The notes: a model not told the origin generated them from the sequence alone. 64,000 bases of DNA from Candidatus Omnitrophota bacterium (GCA_023819035.1 JAMWCL010000001.1:2226-66225), one strand, 5' to 3'; positions 8,395 through 18,921 are shown, numbered from the stretch's first letter. Made by a program: numbers and translations.

Positions 8395-9113
8395 CTTCTT
8401 ATCATTGGCACAAACCTTACCGGAATAATACTCTTTTCTTGAAGCTTGCCCTTCTTTTTAGTAATTAATTTAAGCTCCTGATAGGTAGTCCCTACCGGGA
8501 TAACCAATCTTCCCTCTTCAGCTAATTGCTCAATTAAAGGCTCAGGGATCTTTTCAGGTGCACAGGTAACGATAATTGCCTCAAAGGGTGCTACCTGAGG
8601 CCAACCTAAATAACCATCTCCACATCTTACCTGGATATTTTGATAACCCAATTCCTTTAATAATCTCTCTGCAGACTGGGCAAGTTCAGGAATAATCTCA
8701 ATGGTATAGACCTCTTTGGCTAATTCTGCTAAGATGGCTGCTTGATAACCACTACCTGTACCAATCTCTAAGACCTTCTCATCACCCTTAAGTTCCAAAA
8801 GCTCGGTCATTAAAGCCACAATATAAGGTTGAGAGATAGTCTGACTATACCCAATCGGTAAAGGGGTATCCTCATAAGCCAAATGCTGGATCCTCTCTGG
8901 CACAAACCTATGCCTTTCTACCTTTAGCATTGCCTCTAATACACGCTTATCCTTAATCCCCCTTGCCTGAATCTGCTGGCTAACCATCCTCTTACGCAAA
9001 AACTGAAAATCAATCTTAAGGTTAGCTTCTGTAGTTGCGTCATCAGCAGAGGCAAAACTAATAAACAAAATCAGCCATAAGATTACTAAATTTATAACCT
9101 TTTTTACTTCCAT
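8391..9113 (-). CDS. pcm: Protein-L-isoaspartate O-methyltransferase with N-terminal signal-like peptide
   Basis: QTISQPYIVA, VLEIGTGSGY and VRFVPM motifs. Confidence 0.93.
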   Translation of the reverse strand: MEVKKVINLVILWLILFISFASADDATTEANLKIDFQFLRKRMVSQQIQARGIKDKRVLEAMLKVERHRFVPERIQHLAYEDTPLPIGYSQTISQPYIVALMTELLELKGDEKVLEIGTGSGYQAAILAELAKEVYTIEIIPELAQSAERLLKELGYQNIQVRCGDGYLGWPQVAPFEAIIVTCAPEKIPEPLIEQLAEEGRLVIPVGTTYQELKLITKKKGKLQEKSIIPVRFVPMIRR

Positions 9114-9212
9114 ACCCTGGAATCTCCCTGTTTACAAATTTAGATCCTCTATCTTACTTAAGCAATTATTTCTTAAGGTATTAAATACGTGTCTAAATTA
9201 ATCTTTTCTAGT

Positions 9213-10160
9213 TTATCTACCTAAATTTATCAGGACATAATATAACCCTTCAGTGACCTTCGCTAAATAATTATAATTTAATTTTTCCGGTGTATCTTGG
9301 CTTGTATGATAATAGGGATTACGGTAAAAAGCAGTATCCGTAATCATCACTGCTTTATAACCAAACCTCCAGAATGAGTAATTATCGGAAAAACTAATTG
9401 CGGGCGCAAAAAATACGGGTGCTACCAGATACTCTAAAGGAAACGCAACTGCCTTTTTAAACTCCTTAACGATTATCTTTAATAAACTGTGTGAGGAGAA
9501 ATTACTCACTATCGCGATAAAATTTCCTTTATCAGGATAAAAAGGGCTTAAGCCAAAGGGATAATCTTGAGATCCTTTCTTATCCGAATAAAACCCCAAT
9601 GACTCCAAGCATAATACCCCATCAATTGCTTCCTTCTTTCCTTTTGCCTGTTTAGCGTAGAAAAAACTTCCCATATCCTCAGTCATAAATAAAGGTGGTT
9701 CTTCATTAGTGAAAGCAATAAACTTAATTGTCTTAAATGTCTTTTCTTTATAGAGAAGCCGGGCTAACTCTAAAAGTACCGCTACCCCCGAGGCATTATC
9801 ATCTGCACCAGATGAACCAAGCACCGTATCATAATGTGCACAGACAATAATAATCTTTTCTTTTTTATCTTCGCCCCTCTTGGTAGCGATAATATTTTTA
9901 TAAGGCTGATTTTTTATATGATAGATCTGCTCTACGGGTTGGTAGCCATAACTTACAAATTCCTCTTTAATATAACTACCTGCGCGTTCTAAACCTTTAT
10001 ATTGAATATAGTTTCTTTCACCGATATCGCCAGCTAAAACCTTTATATGTTTCTTTAAGTTACTCTCTAAATCCATTGCTAAGCCTAAGGTATTAAGTCC
10101 TAAGGTAAATAGGCCAGGAAGAAGGAATCTTACTTTACCCATCAAAACTTTACCCATCAA
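9213..10160 (-). CDS. M28 family peptidase
   Basis: AHYD, GADDNASG, NEEPP and YHT Zn-ligand motifs. Confidence 0.9.
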   Translation of the reverse strand: MMGKVLMGKVRFLLPGLFTLGLNTLGLAMDLESNLKKHIKVLAGDIGERNYIQYKGLERAGSYIKEEFVSYGYQPVEQIYHIKNQPYKNIIATKRGEDKKEKIIIVCAHYDTVLGSSGADDNASGVAVLLELARLLYKEKTFKTIKFIAFTNEEPPLFMTEDMGSFFYAKQAKGKKEAIDGVLCLESLGFYSDKKGSQDYPFGLSPFYPDKGNFIAIVSNFSSHSLLKIIVKEFKKAVAFPLEYLVAPVFFAPAISFSDNYSFWRFGYKAVMITDTAFYRNPYYHTSQDTPEKLNYNYLAKVTEGLYYVLINLGR

Positions 10161-11470
10161 AATCCAATTATTACCTTAGTATTGGGGGTAAAGAATAAAC
10201 CTGCTACCGCTGAAGTCATCAGACAAGCAAGGGTAGAGGCAAGTAAAGCCCGCAGGCCCAACCTGCCTAAATCTGCTGTCCTTTTGGGAGCAATCCCGGA
10301 GATGCCTCCTACGAATATAGCCAAGGAGGCAATATGTGCGAAACCACAGAGGGCATAAGCAGAGATTACTGCGGAGCGAAAATCAATTAATCCCGCTGTG
10401 CTTATAAGCTTAGCCAGATGCTGATAAGCAACCAGTTCGGTAAGAATCGTCCTTTCTCCTAAAAGCATCGCTACCGCGGGGATATCGGAAAAAGGCACAC
10501 CAATTAAAAAACAGAAAGGATAATATAGATAAGAAAGCAATCTCTCCAAGGATAACTGAAGGGAGGTTCCAAAAATAAGGCCAATCCTTTTTCCTAAAAA
10601 ATAGATAAACCAATTAAGCATTGCCAACAATCCTAAAAATGCCAAAAGCAAAGCCACGATTCCCACCGCCATCCTTACCCCTTCTTGCGAACCCTTAATA
10701 ATTGCCTCTACCCAACTGCCTGCCTTCTGATATTCTGGCTCTACTACCTTACCCAAGGTCTGGGGTTTTTTATCCTCCGGATAAAGCAATTTAGCCATAA
10801 CAATAGCTGCGGGTGCACTTAAGATAGAGGCAGATACCAGATGCCCAGCAATCGTAGGAAAATCTTTATATAAGAATCCTGCATACACCGCCATTACCGT
10901 AGAGGCAATCGTAGACATCCCGGCAGTTAAAAGCATGCATAACTCGGATAAGGTCATCTCTTCAATATAGGGTCGAATGGAAAAAACCGATTCAATCCCT
11001 ACCACAATATTAAAAGATGTACATAAGGATTCTGCTCCACTGATCCGCATCAGCCGAGTAAAAACCCAGGCAAAGAGCTTAACCACCTTTTGCATCAAAC
11101 CAATATGGTATAAAAGCGCCATGAGACTAGAAAAGAACACTACCAAGGGCAAGGCTTGAAATGCCAGGATAAATCCCAAAGAATTCTCTCCCTGCGGACC
11201 TACTGAACCAGGTGGGATTGCTAAAGGCCCGAAGACAAAATATATCCCTGCATTAGCAAAGGAAAGCAGCTTAATTACTGCTTTATTTATCCAGTTAAAG
11301 AGAAATAAACCTAAAGGGACATAAAAGATAAAACAGGCAAATAAAAGCTGTAAACTAACCCCCCAGAAGACCACCCGCCAGTTAATATTCCGTCTATCCT
11401 TAGAAAAAATCCAGGCAATAAACATAAGGGCAAATATACCTAAGAAGCTGATGAAATTATAGATATTCAT
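10157..11470 (-). CDS. CNT/NupC-family nucleoside transporter
   Basis: Multi-TM protein with SGAES, SAPAA and YALCGFAH motifs. Confidence 0.9.
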   Translation of the reverse strand: MNIYNFISFLGIFALMFIAWIFSKDRRNINWRVVFWGVSLQLLFACFIFYVPLGLFLFNWINKAVIKLLSFANAGIYFVFGPLAIPPGSVGPQGENSLGFILAFQALPLVVFFSSLMALLYHIGLMQKVVKLFAWVFTRLMRISGAESLCTSFNIVVGIESVFSIRPYIEEMTLSELCMLLTAGMSTIASTVMAVYAGFLYKDFPTIAGHLVSASILSAPAAIVMAKLLYPEDKKPQTLGKVVEPEYQKAGSWVEAIIKGSQEGVRMAVGIVALLLAFLGLLAMLNWFIYFLGKRIGLIFGTSLQLSLERLLSYLYYPFCFLIGVPFSDIPAVAMLLGERTILTELVAYQHLAKLISTAGLIDFRSAVISAYALCGFAHIASLAIFVGGISGIAPKRTADLGRLGLRALLASTLACLMTSAVAGLFFTPNTKVIIGF

Positions 11471-11476
11471 TTTTAT

Positions 11477-11986
11477 CTAAAACCTTTCCCAATGGATTAT
11501 CTCTTTTAAATCCCTTTTCTTAATTACCTTAAAATCCTTTTTAGATTTGGGATAACCTAAAGAAATCAAACTTACTAATTTAAAAGAATCCGGAACATTT
11601 AATAATTTACTTACCTGGGCACAATAAGGTTTTTTATCCCCCGCCACCCAACAGGAACCAATCCCTAAAGAGGTGGCGGTTAAAAGGATATTCTGGGTAG
11701 CAGCACAACCATCCTCTAAATAATACTTGGTATCCTGACAATAGACTGCAATACAGGCCTTTGCCTCAGAGATAAATCTTCCATGGTCGGTTAAAGAAGC
11801 TAATTCCCTAAGCATCGTAGGTTCAGTAATCACCACGAACTCCCAAGGCTGAAGAGCTCGAGCAGTGGGTGCAAAACGACCCGCATCGACAATCTTCTCT
11901 AAGACCTTCTTAGGTATAGGTTTATCGAGATATTCCCTTATACTTCTTCTCTTCTTAATCGCCTCCATAAGCTCCATAAGCATCAC
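11477..11986 (-). CDS. Nitroreductase family protein
   Basis: RRSIR, APTA..QPWEF and LGIGSCW motifs. Confidence 0.9.
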   Translation of the reverse strand: MMLMELMEAIKKRRSIREYLDKPIPKKVLEKIVDAGRFAPTARALQPWEFVVITEPTMLRELASLTDHGRFISEAKACIAVYCQDTKYYLEDGCAATQNILLTATSLGIGSCWVAGDKKPYCAQVSKLLNVPDSFKLVSLISLGYPKSKKDFKVIKKRDLKEIIHWERF

Positions 11987-12088
11987 CTTTACCCTTCTAA
12001 AATTTTAAAAAAGTTGCAATTTTATAAGACTAGCTGAGCTTAAAAAGATAAATTAAAATAAAACCTAAATAGATTATTCTCATAATCT

Positions 12089-12505
12089 CTATTCTAATTT
12101 TAACCGGCTTATTGTCTCTCTTACAAAATCTCCTATCTCTTTCTTATCCTCAGGTTCGATCTTTAAAAAATAAATTCCTATGCGGTACTCACCTTCTCCA
12201 AAGGGAATGCTGTAGCGGACCTCTCCTACTATCTCCATTGGTCCATAGAAACCTACATCCTCTTTCTCAACCTTAAATAAAGTAAATCTTAATAAAACTG
12301 TGGTCTTAGGCTCAAGATGATAGTTGGTTAAGATTGCCATGCCTTCTTCACTTAAATCAAGGATATTACCCTTTATCTCTTTATCCCCGACAACCAAGCG
12401 CATAGCCAGCGGTTCATTTACCCTATAGATTACGGTAAGATTAACCCTCACCCTTTTTGACCTTCTTCTTTCCATATCCCCATAGTTATTATTCATCGCC
12501 ATCAC
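12089..12505 (-). CDS. Stand-alone PilZ-domain c-di-GMP receptor
   Basis: ERRRSKR (RxxxR) and DLSEEG (DxSxxG) both intact. Confidence 0.88.
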   Translation of the reverse strand: MMAMNNNYGDMERRRSKRVRVNLTVIYRVNEPLAMRLVVGDKEIKGNILDLSEEGMAILTNYHLEPKTTVLLRFTLFKVEKEDVGFYGPMEIVGEVRYSIPFGEGEYRIGIYFLKIEPEDKKEIGDFVRETISRLKLE

Positions 12506-12993
12506 TACCCTCCAATCTCTTTTTCATCCTGATTATTACTATCATCGTTTTCTTCAATAAGTTTTTGCGAATTAACCTTAAGAAGGATGCGCCTTGCCTC
12601 AATAGGCAGACGTACATTCTCTAACTTAAATGTGTTGTCACGGGTATGCGGTTGTAAGGGTTTACAACCACCCATGGCAAAAAGATTCCACTTTACCTCA
12701 GGAGACGATTGCTCATCCTGGGTATAAAACATCTCCCAGCAGGTATTCTGCCATAAATCCGGGGTAGTCATCTCCCCTTGATTGGCAACCGTAAAGGAAA
12801 CCGTAATAAGCTTATATTCTTTTTGAGTAGAAGGGGACTTTACTCTCTTATTTATAATAACCTCATCTAATCTTACCGTAAGATCTGCTAATCTCGGCAA
12901 AGCCTTCTCTTTCTTTTTAGCCAAAACTAGATCGGAAAGAAGAAAAACTAATAAGATCCCTAAGAAATAATTTATTAAGAATTTATTCTTCAT
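12505..12993 (-). CDS. Exported CARDB/Ig-like domain protein
   Basis: Signal peptide, ADL, TVANQG and IEENDDSNN motifs. Confidence 0.6.
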   Translation of the reverse strand: MKNKFLINYFLGILLVFLLSDLVLAKKKEKALPRLADLTVRLDEVIINKRVKSPSTQKEYKLITVSFTVANQGEMTTPDLWQNTCWEMFYTQDEQSSPEVKWNLFAMGGCKPLQPHTRDNTFKLENVRLPIEARRILLKVNSQKLIEENDDSNNQDEKEIGG

Positions 12994-14027
12994 TATCTTA
13001 ATTCCCAGCCACTCCTTCGGCGTTTGCCAATTACCATTAAACTGGCGATTATCCCAAAGATTATACCTGCCTGGGTAAGGGTTAAGACCGCCTCTATTGC
13101 CTGGTCGTTAGCAACCATAAACGCACTGATTCCCAAGGATAAACTTACAAAATAGATAAATACCACCGCCCCGCTTTGACGCATACCCAAATCTACCAGA
13201 TAATGATGAAAATGATCTTTACTGCTGTATTGAAGCCACTCTAGGAAATTTCTAACCTTGGCTTCCTTTATGCGCATTACCGTAGTAAAAGCCATATCAA
13301 AGATAGGAACCCCTAAGATTAAAAGGGGGATGGTTATCTTGACAATACTATCTTCAGCCCAATTGCCTAAGATAGCCAGCCCTGCTAAACTGAAGCCTAA
13401 GAATGTGCTTCCTGCATCTCCTAAGAATATCTTTGCCCTAGGAAAATTAAAGGGTAAAAAACCTAGACAGGCTCCCCCTAAAGCCATGGCTACCATTACA
13501 AGATAATCCTGTTTTGTATTATAAAGGATTAAAGAAAAACATAAAAGATTTACGATTGCTGAACCACAGGCTAAACCGTCCAACCCATCTAAATAATTAA
13601 AGGCATTGGTAAGTCCTACCAACCAAAGAACCGTTAAAATTATCTCACCGATATCACCCCATAAGCCAGCGGGTAAAAAAGTTATGCGTAAATTGCAAAG
13701 AATAAGCCCTAAAGAAACCAATATCTGACAGAGCAACCGAAAAGATGCACTTAAACCCTTAATATCATCAATTAGGCCTAAAACCAGGATTATGCTTGCT
13801 CCGTTTAATATGGGAAGGAATTGATTTAGATTCTTTAAATCAAACAGCAACCCGATAAAAAAACCCAAATAGATGGCAATCCCACCTAAAAGAGGGGTTG
13901 CCCGTTTATGTACCTTACGCTTACTAGGCAGGTCTAAGATCTTTAGCCTTACCGCGATAAATCTTAGAAAGGGGGTTAAAAGATAACTTACTAAAAACGA
14001 AATAAAAAGAACAAAAAATAATTTCAT
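12993..14027 (-). CDS. WecA/TagO-like undecaprenyl-phosphate sugar-1-phosphate transferase
   Basis: TPLLGG, GLIDD, NAFNYLDGLDGL, FLGDAGS and HFHH motifs. Confidence 0.92.
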   Translation of the reverse strand: MKLFFVLFISFLVSYLLTPFLRFIAVRLKILDLPSKRKVHKRATPLLGGIAIYLGFFIGLLFDLKNLNQFLPILNGASIILVLGLIDDIKGLSASFRLLCQILVSLGLILCNLRITFLPAGLWGDIGEIILTVLWLVGLTNAFNYLDGLDGLACGSAIVNLLCFSLILYNTKQDYLVMVAMALGGACLGFLPFNFPRAKIFLGDAGSTFLGFSLAGLAILGNWAEDSIVKITIPLLILGVPIFDMAFTTVMRIKEAKVRNFLEWLQYSSKDHFHHYLVDLGMRQSGAVVFIYFVSLSLGISAFMVANDQAIEAVLTLTQAGIIFGIIASLMVIGKRRRSGWELR

Positions 14028-14031
14028 CTTA

Positions 14032-14649
14032 TCAGATTATCTGCCTTAAAACCCTTAAAGCCCGAAAACCCTCCGCATACTTTACCCTTCCTTGGAAACC
14101 CCGAAAATTAGCGCAGGATTGGGCGCTTTCTAAAATCGTAAGGTTCTCTACCTTGGTCTTATCTACCTGTGAAGCATGAATCTTTAATAACTCTAATTTC
14201 TTATCTAAAACATCTTGGATATCCACAAAGATATCCGGTTCAAAATGTTGGGTCGTAGGTACTTCATAAAATAAAACCTCCCGGATATAGCGGGTAGCAG
14301 ATATACCCGCGGAGGCAACCGCTCGATGGTCCTGATGTACATCATCAGGATAATTTAAAAAAACAATATCCGCATTTATTTCTTTTACAACTGTTTCAAT
14401 CTTCTGAATCAATTCCCGATTATCCACCACCTCGGTATCCCTTAAATCTCCCCAGAATAATTTTTTAACCCCTAAAAAGTTTGCTGCTTGAATCTGCTCT
14501 GTTCTTCTTACATAAGGATCGCCCCCAAAGCTTCCATCGGTAATTACCAAAAGAAATATATTATGCCCTGCTTGCTTATATTTAAGTAGCGTTGCCCCGC
14601 AACCAAACTCAATATCATCCGGATGTGCCCCGATCGCTAAGATATTCAT
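14032..14649 (-). CDS. PIG-L family N-deacetylase
   Basis: AHPDD and HQDH motifs. Confidence 0.9.
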   Translation of the reverse strand: MNILAIGAHPDDIEFGCGATLLKYKQAGHNIFLLVITDGSFGGDPYVRRTEQIQAANFLGVKKLFWGDLRDTEVVDNRELIQKIETVVKEINADIVFLNYPDDVHQDHRAVASAGISATRYIREVLFYEVPTTQHFEPDIFVDIQDVLDKKLELLKIHASQVDKTKVENLTILESAQSCANFRGFQGRVKYAEGFRALRVLRQII

Positions 14650-14653
14650 TTAG

Positions 14654-15367
14654 CTACCTCCTCAGTAAAATATTTCTACTATTGGCTCCCTCATTAAACA
14701 AAAGGTCAAGTATTGACATATTAGGAATAAAATCTTCCTCACTTAAACAGAACCGCTGATGGTATACCGGATGGACAAAATCTTGATAAACAAGTCTTAT
14801 CTTTGCCTCTTTAAATCTTTCCTCTTCTAAATACGCCTTGCCTCCGATACCCGAAAGATAGGTATCCGCCCTTAATGCCTTGCATATCTGAATAATGCGC
14901 TCGGTGCCTGTTTTTTTTATATCTAAATCTGACTCAAAATATATAGGGGTATTAATGGATAACTCTTTTAGGATATAATTAATTATATGCACGCAAAGCT
15001 CACTTAATCTTTCCCATCTTTTACTATAGGTATCCTTAAAAAAATGGTAGTAATTATCAAAAAAAGGGCTTGACCCATACCAAATCTCAAGACTCCTTAA
15101 ATGTCGTCTTGGCCAGTTTACACTATTATCTATTATTACATCGCAGATTCTTTGTCTTGCTTTGCCTTTAGAGATAACCGGAACGGTCAGCCACATCCAG
15201 CCATCTTTAATGCGGATTTTATTGCGATTCTGAAACTCGCCTGCTTTATATTGCACCGTATCTAAAAATACAAATGCATCGCTATGAGCGATCTTATCAA
15301 AGTAGCCTAACCAGGGGATATATTGAGGTTGATGAACCGAGACAACCATCATTATATTATATAACAA
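14654..15367 (-). CDS. WbqC-family protein
   Basis: HQPQYIPWLGYF, NRNKI and YLSG motifs. Confidence 0.9.
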   Translation of the reverse strand: MLYNIMMVVSVHQPQYIPWLGYFDKIAHSDAFVFLDTVQYKAGEFQNRNKIRIKDGWMWLTVPVISKGKARQRICDVIIDNSVNWPRRHLRSLEIWYGSSPFFDNYYHFFKDTYSKRWERLSELCVHIINYILKELSINTPIYFESDLDIKKTGTERIIQICKALRADTYLSGIGGKAYLEEERFKEAKIRLVYQDFVHPVYHQRFCLSEEDFIPNMSILDLLFNEGANSRNILLRR

Positions 15368-15386
15368 TATTTAACTTAATTCTATA

Positions 15387-16868
15387 TTATTTATCCTTAG
15401 CCCTTACAAATATAGGGTTAGCTACCAAATGCAGTCCTTCCGATTCAATCTCTATTCGGTAATAGCTCATCCTTTCTGAGTTGTTAAGGGTATCTATATA
15501 GGTTATCTCAAAAGGGCTATTAACTAAAAAATCCTTGATGATTAAACCATCCCTAATCAATCTAACCTTAAAAAGATTAGATTCTCCAGTTAAAAGATGC
15601 CCTTTTATCTTTATCTTGAATTTATCGGAAACCTCTAATACTTCTCCCATAATCTTTTTTATCCCGCTAAGATTATCTTCTATTGAAAAATCATCTAAAA
15701 TAAATTTCTCTGAATTTTTTCCACGGATTACATAAACTCTACCCCTTTTTAATGCCTCTAAGACCTCCTTTTTATTTAATACGGGTAATAAAAGAATATT
15801 TCTTAGATCTTTTAAATAATCATTAAGGTCACCCACCGAATCAAAACCCAATGCCCCGATTGCCCAAACAGGATTCTTTCTTTTTGCCTGACAGTACTGC
15901 TTAAGAACGGTATCCCAGATTCCTCCCGCTTGGCCCACCTTCTCATAACCTGCGTAAAATATTCCAAAGCCAGTGTAATCTTGCGTCTTTAAGAGAAGCT
16001 CTGAATGTTCCGGGGTCTGTATCGATGCCTCTATGAATCTTTTAATATTTTTCTCTTCAGGATGTGCCCAAAAGGTCAACCCTCCCTTTTGATTAACATA
16101 ATCTATGAGGTGCTGATAGGGTAGACTACCTTGTTCACCGTGATAGGGATCGAACCTTGTTCTTAAAAATGGGTAATTATTAATCAAAAAGACCAAACCC
16201 AAGATTATAAAAATAATCCCACTTATCTGATAATTTTTTGCGTAAGGACCGAGTTTACGGCCAAGGGAATCGCGATAATTAAAACATCTCTTTTTAATTA
16301 GAAAAATTCCTAAGATTAAAGCCAAAAAAGGCCAGAGATTAAATAAATCCTTAAAACTAAAAGGAAGAAATAAAGCTGAGGTATTGCCGATCACCGGAAG
16401 CTCCTTATAATCCTTAGGCGCTTCTAAGCCGATCACTAAGATATGCTTATGCCAATCACATAAGGTAAAGTCATTTTTAAAGGGGCTTCCCTTCCAATAG
16501 TAAAAAGGTGCAGTTTCAGCACCTGGCAGAATGATTATCTCCGGGTTCTGCCTCTGTACCCTTTGAACCTCATCAAGATAACGCTCTATCCCGTATTTAA
16601 GGATAGAGTTTGCTTGCAAGGTCTTTCTTATTAACCTGCGTAAAGGTAGAATCCCATACTCCCAGTAGGATAAAAAACTATCTCCTAAAACTATCACCTT
16701 GATACCCATCTTTTTGGCAATATCAACAATCTCAGCGATACTGTATCTACCATCGCTTACGGTAGAGCTGATCTGGATAGCGGTGGGCACCTGCATAACC
16801 CCTTCTGCGTAGGCTAGCCTAAAAAGATAACCTATGAATAAAATAGTTAAAAGAGACTTAAACCGCAT
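15387..16868 (-). CDS. Membrane-anchored PHP-like domain protein
   Basis: Signal peptide, S..SDG, GAE, HIL and WAHP motifs, two internal TM helices; first HxH motif is degenerate. Confidence 0.6.
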   Translation of the reverse strand: MRFKSLLTILFIGYLFRLAYAEGVMQVPTAIQISSTVSDGRYSIAEIVDIAKKMGIKVIVLGDSFLSYWEYGILPLRRLIRKTLQANSILKYGIERYLDEVQRVQRQNPEIIILPGAETAPFYYWKGSPFKNDFTLCDWHKHILVIGLEAPKDYKELPVIGNTSALFLPFSFKDLFNLWPFLALILGIFLIKKRCFNYRDSLGRKLGPYAKNYQISGIIFIILGLVFLINNYPFLRTRFDPYHGEQGSLPYQHLIDYVNQKGGLTFWAHPEEKNIKRFIEASIQTPEHSELLLKTQDYTGFGIFYAGYEKVGQAGGIWDTVLKQYCQAKRKNPVWAIGALGFDSVGDLNDYLKDLRNILLLPVLNKKEVLEALKRGRVYVIRGKNSEKFILDDFSIEDNLSGIKKIMGEVLEVSDKFKIKIKGHLLTGESNLFKVRLIRDGLIIKDFLVNSPFEITYIDTLNNSERMSYYRIEIESEGLHLVANPIFVRAKDK

Positions 16869-18027
16869 ATCTTTCTCTTAAAAACATATTATAAAGCTCG
16901 GTATGTTTCTCAATCATTGTGAGGATACTAAATCTTTCATCTATCCAGTTTAAAGCCTCTTTTGCCATCGCCTTTCTTTTTAAATCATCGCTTAAAAGAT
17001 AGATTATCGCCTCTGCCATTGCCTGAGGGTCCTTTGCGGGAACTAATCTACCGGTAAGACCATCCTTAACTACTGAAGGTATACCTCCTACGCGGGTAGC
17101 TACTACCGGAACACCCTTTGCCTGAGCCTCTAATAAACACATACCCATTCCTTCATTAAGCGAAGAAAGGATAAAAAGATCAAGGCTACTTATGATTTTA
17201 TCTATATCATCACGGAAACCCAAAAAGACAACATAATTATCTAAATGATATCTTTTTAGTAAAGACTCTAAATGTTTTCTTTGACTGCCTTCTCCCACAA
17301 TTAATACCTTAAGATTCGAGACTGCCTTTATAACCTTCTTTAAAGAAATAATAAAATATTTGTTTCCCTTAACCGGCTCCAAACGCGTAACTGTACCAAT
17401 AACTAAATATCCAGAAGGAATATTTAATTCCTTTTTTACCTGAAGGGGATCATATTTTTTAAGACGAAAATTATTTAAATCAATTCCACTAAATATGGGA
17501 AAAAACTTAGCGGGTTTAGCAATCTTATAAAGTATATACTCCTGTTTTTCTATCTCGGTAAGAGGGATAATCGCATCGGTTATCCCGGCAGTTACCCTCT
17601 CAAGATAAATAAATATTCGACTAAGCAACCAATTAAAGTAACCATAGAAGATGTGTCCATGCGGGGTATGCACAATAATCTTTATCCTCGCCAGTCTTGC
17701 TGCCCAACGGCCTAATATCCCTGCCTTTGAGGTATGGGTATGAACAATGTCAAACCTTTCTTTTTTAATAAAGGAATAAAGCTTAAAGAAGGCTTTAATA
17801 TCCTTTATAATGTTAATATTACGCACCAGCTCGGGTATGCAGATATACCTAATACCGCTTTGCATAAACAGCTGAATATTGTCTTGATAAAGTATGTTAT
17901 CCGGTCCACTTATTAAGGTTAAATCAAATCTTTCCTTATCTAAACCCAAAACTAAATTATAAACACTTTTAGCCGAGCCTCCTTTATCGAAACGGGTAAT
18001 GATATGTAATATCTTTATCTTAGACAT
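16858..18027 (-). CDS. GT4 glycosyltransferase
   Basis: HTHTSKAG and EGMGMCLLEA motifs. Confidence 0.9.
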   Translation of the reverse strand: MSKIKILHIITRFDKGGSAKSVYNLVLGLDKERFDLTLISGPDNILYQDNIQLFMQSGIRYICIPELVRNINIIKDIKAFFKLYSFIKKERFDIVHTHTSKAGILGRWAARLARIKIIVHTPHGHIFYGYFNWLLSRIFIYLERVTAGITDAIIPLTEIEKQEYILYKIAKPAKFFPIFSGIDLNNFRLKKYDPLQVKKELNIPSGYLVIGTVTRLEPVKGNKYFIISLKKVIKAVSNLKVLIVGEGSQRKHLESLLKRYHLDNYVVFLGFRDDIDKIISSLDLFILSSLNEGMGMCLLEAQAKGVPVVATRVGGIPSVVKDGLTGRLVPAKDPQAMAEAIIYLLSDDLKRKAMAKEALNWIDERFSILTMIEKHTELYNMFLRERYAV

Positions 18028-18030
18028 AAT

Positions 18031-18921
18031 TTATTCTTTTGGCTTACGGGCAAAGACCAAGAAAGAAGGAGCAATAATCCATCTTTTAAAACTTATATAA
18101 TATATAATTTGAGAAAGATAAAATAAAATGACTTTAATTAACCTCATTACCTTATCCCCAAATATACCTGCACTTCCATAAGGATCGCCCTTGGTGAACT
18201 CTGAGACATAAATTTTAATCTCCTGAAAGCCAGCCTCTTTTAACATCAGCTTAATGGTTAAGGGAGAAAAATTATAGTTATGAAATACAGTGGGCAAAAG
18301 ACCTAATTTTTTCTCAGGATGATTGAGCCTTTCTAAAAGAAGCTGAAGCGATACATGAAAATCAGCATTATGCAATCTTAAAGCAATTAGGCCTTCTGGT
18401 TTAAGAATCCTGTTTATCTCTTTAAGTGTTCCCTGAGGATCATAAAGCTGGCCTAAAACCTCCCATAAGGTGACTACATCAAAATATTTATCAGGGAATC
18501 TTACCTCTTTAAGCGTAGTTCCATATACCTTTAAACCCAAAACCTCTTGAGCATATCTTAAAGCAGACTGGGCGATCTCTATCCCTTCTACCTGCCAACC
18601 CCTATCCTTGGCCATCTTCAGGAATATCCCATAGCCACAACCTAAATCTAATAGCCTTCCTTTGTTAGGAATGTATCTTTCTAATCTCTTCAGATTTGAT
18701 TTAAACAAATGAATCTTAGAATCAAACCAGGCCTTTTTCTCATGTTCGCAAATGATCCTATCCAAAGAAATCTCCCTTAATATCTCTGATTCTAAAACGC
18801 GCGGATTCCTAAATACCAGCCCGCAATCCTTACAGCGTCCAATATAGGTTGAACTGTCAACAGGAAAAAGGATCTTAAAATTATTACTACCGCAAAGATT
18901 ACAATTAATGTATTCTAACAT
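18031..18921 (-). CDS. Class I SAM methyltransferase with N-terminal Zn-ribbon
   Basis: CNLC...CKDC and LDLGCGYG. Confidence 0.88.
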   Translation of the reverse strand: MLEYINCNLCGSNNFKILFPVDSSTYIGRCKDCGLVFRNPRVLESEILREISLDRIICEHEKKAWFDSKIHLFKSNLKRLERYIPNKGRLLDLGCGYGIFLKMAKDRGWQVEGIEIAQSALRYAQEVLGLKVYGTTLKEVRFPDKYFDVVTLWEVLGQLYDPQGTLKEINRILKPEGLIALRLHNADFHVSLQLLLERLNHPEKKLGLLPTVFHNYNFSPLTIKLMLKEAGFQEIKIYVSEFTKGDPYGSAGIFGDKVMRLIKVILFYLSQIIYYISFKRWIIAPSFLVFARKPKE

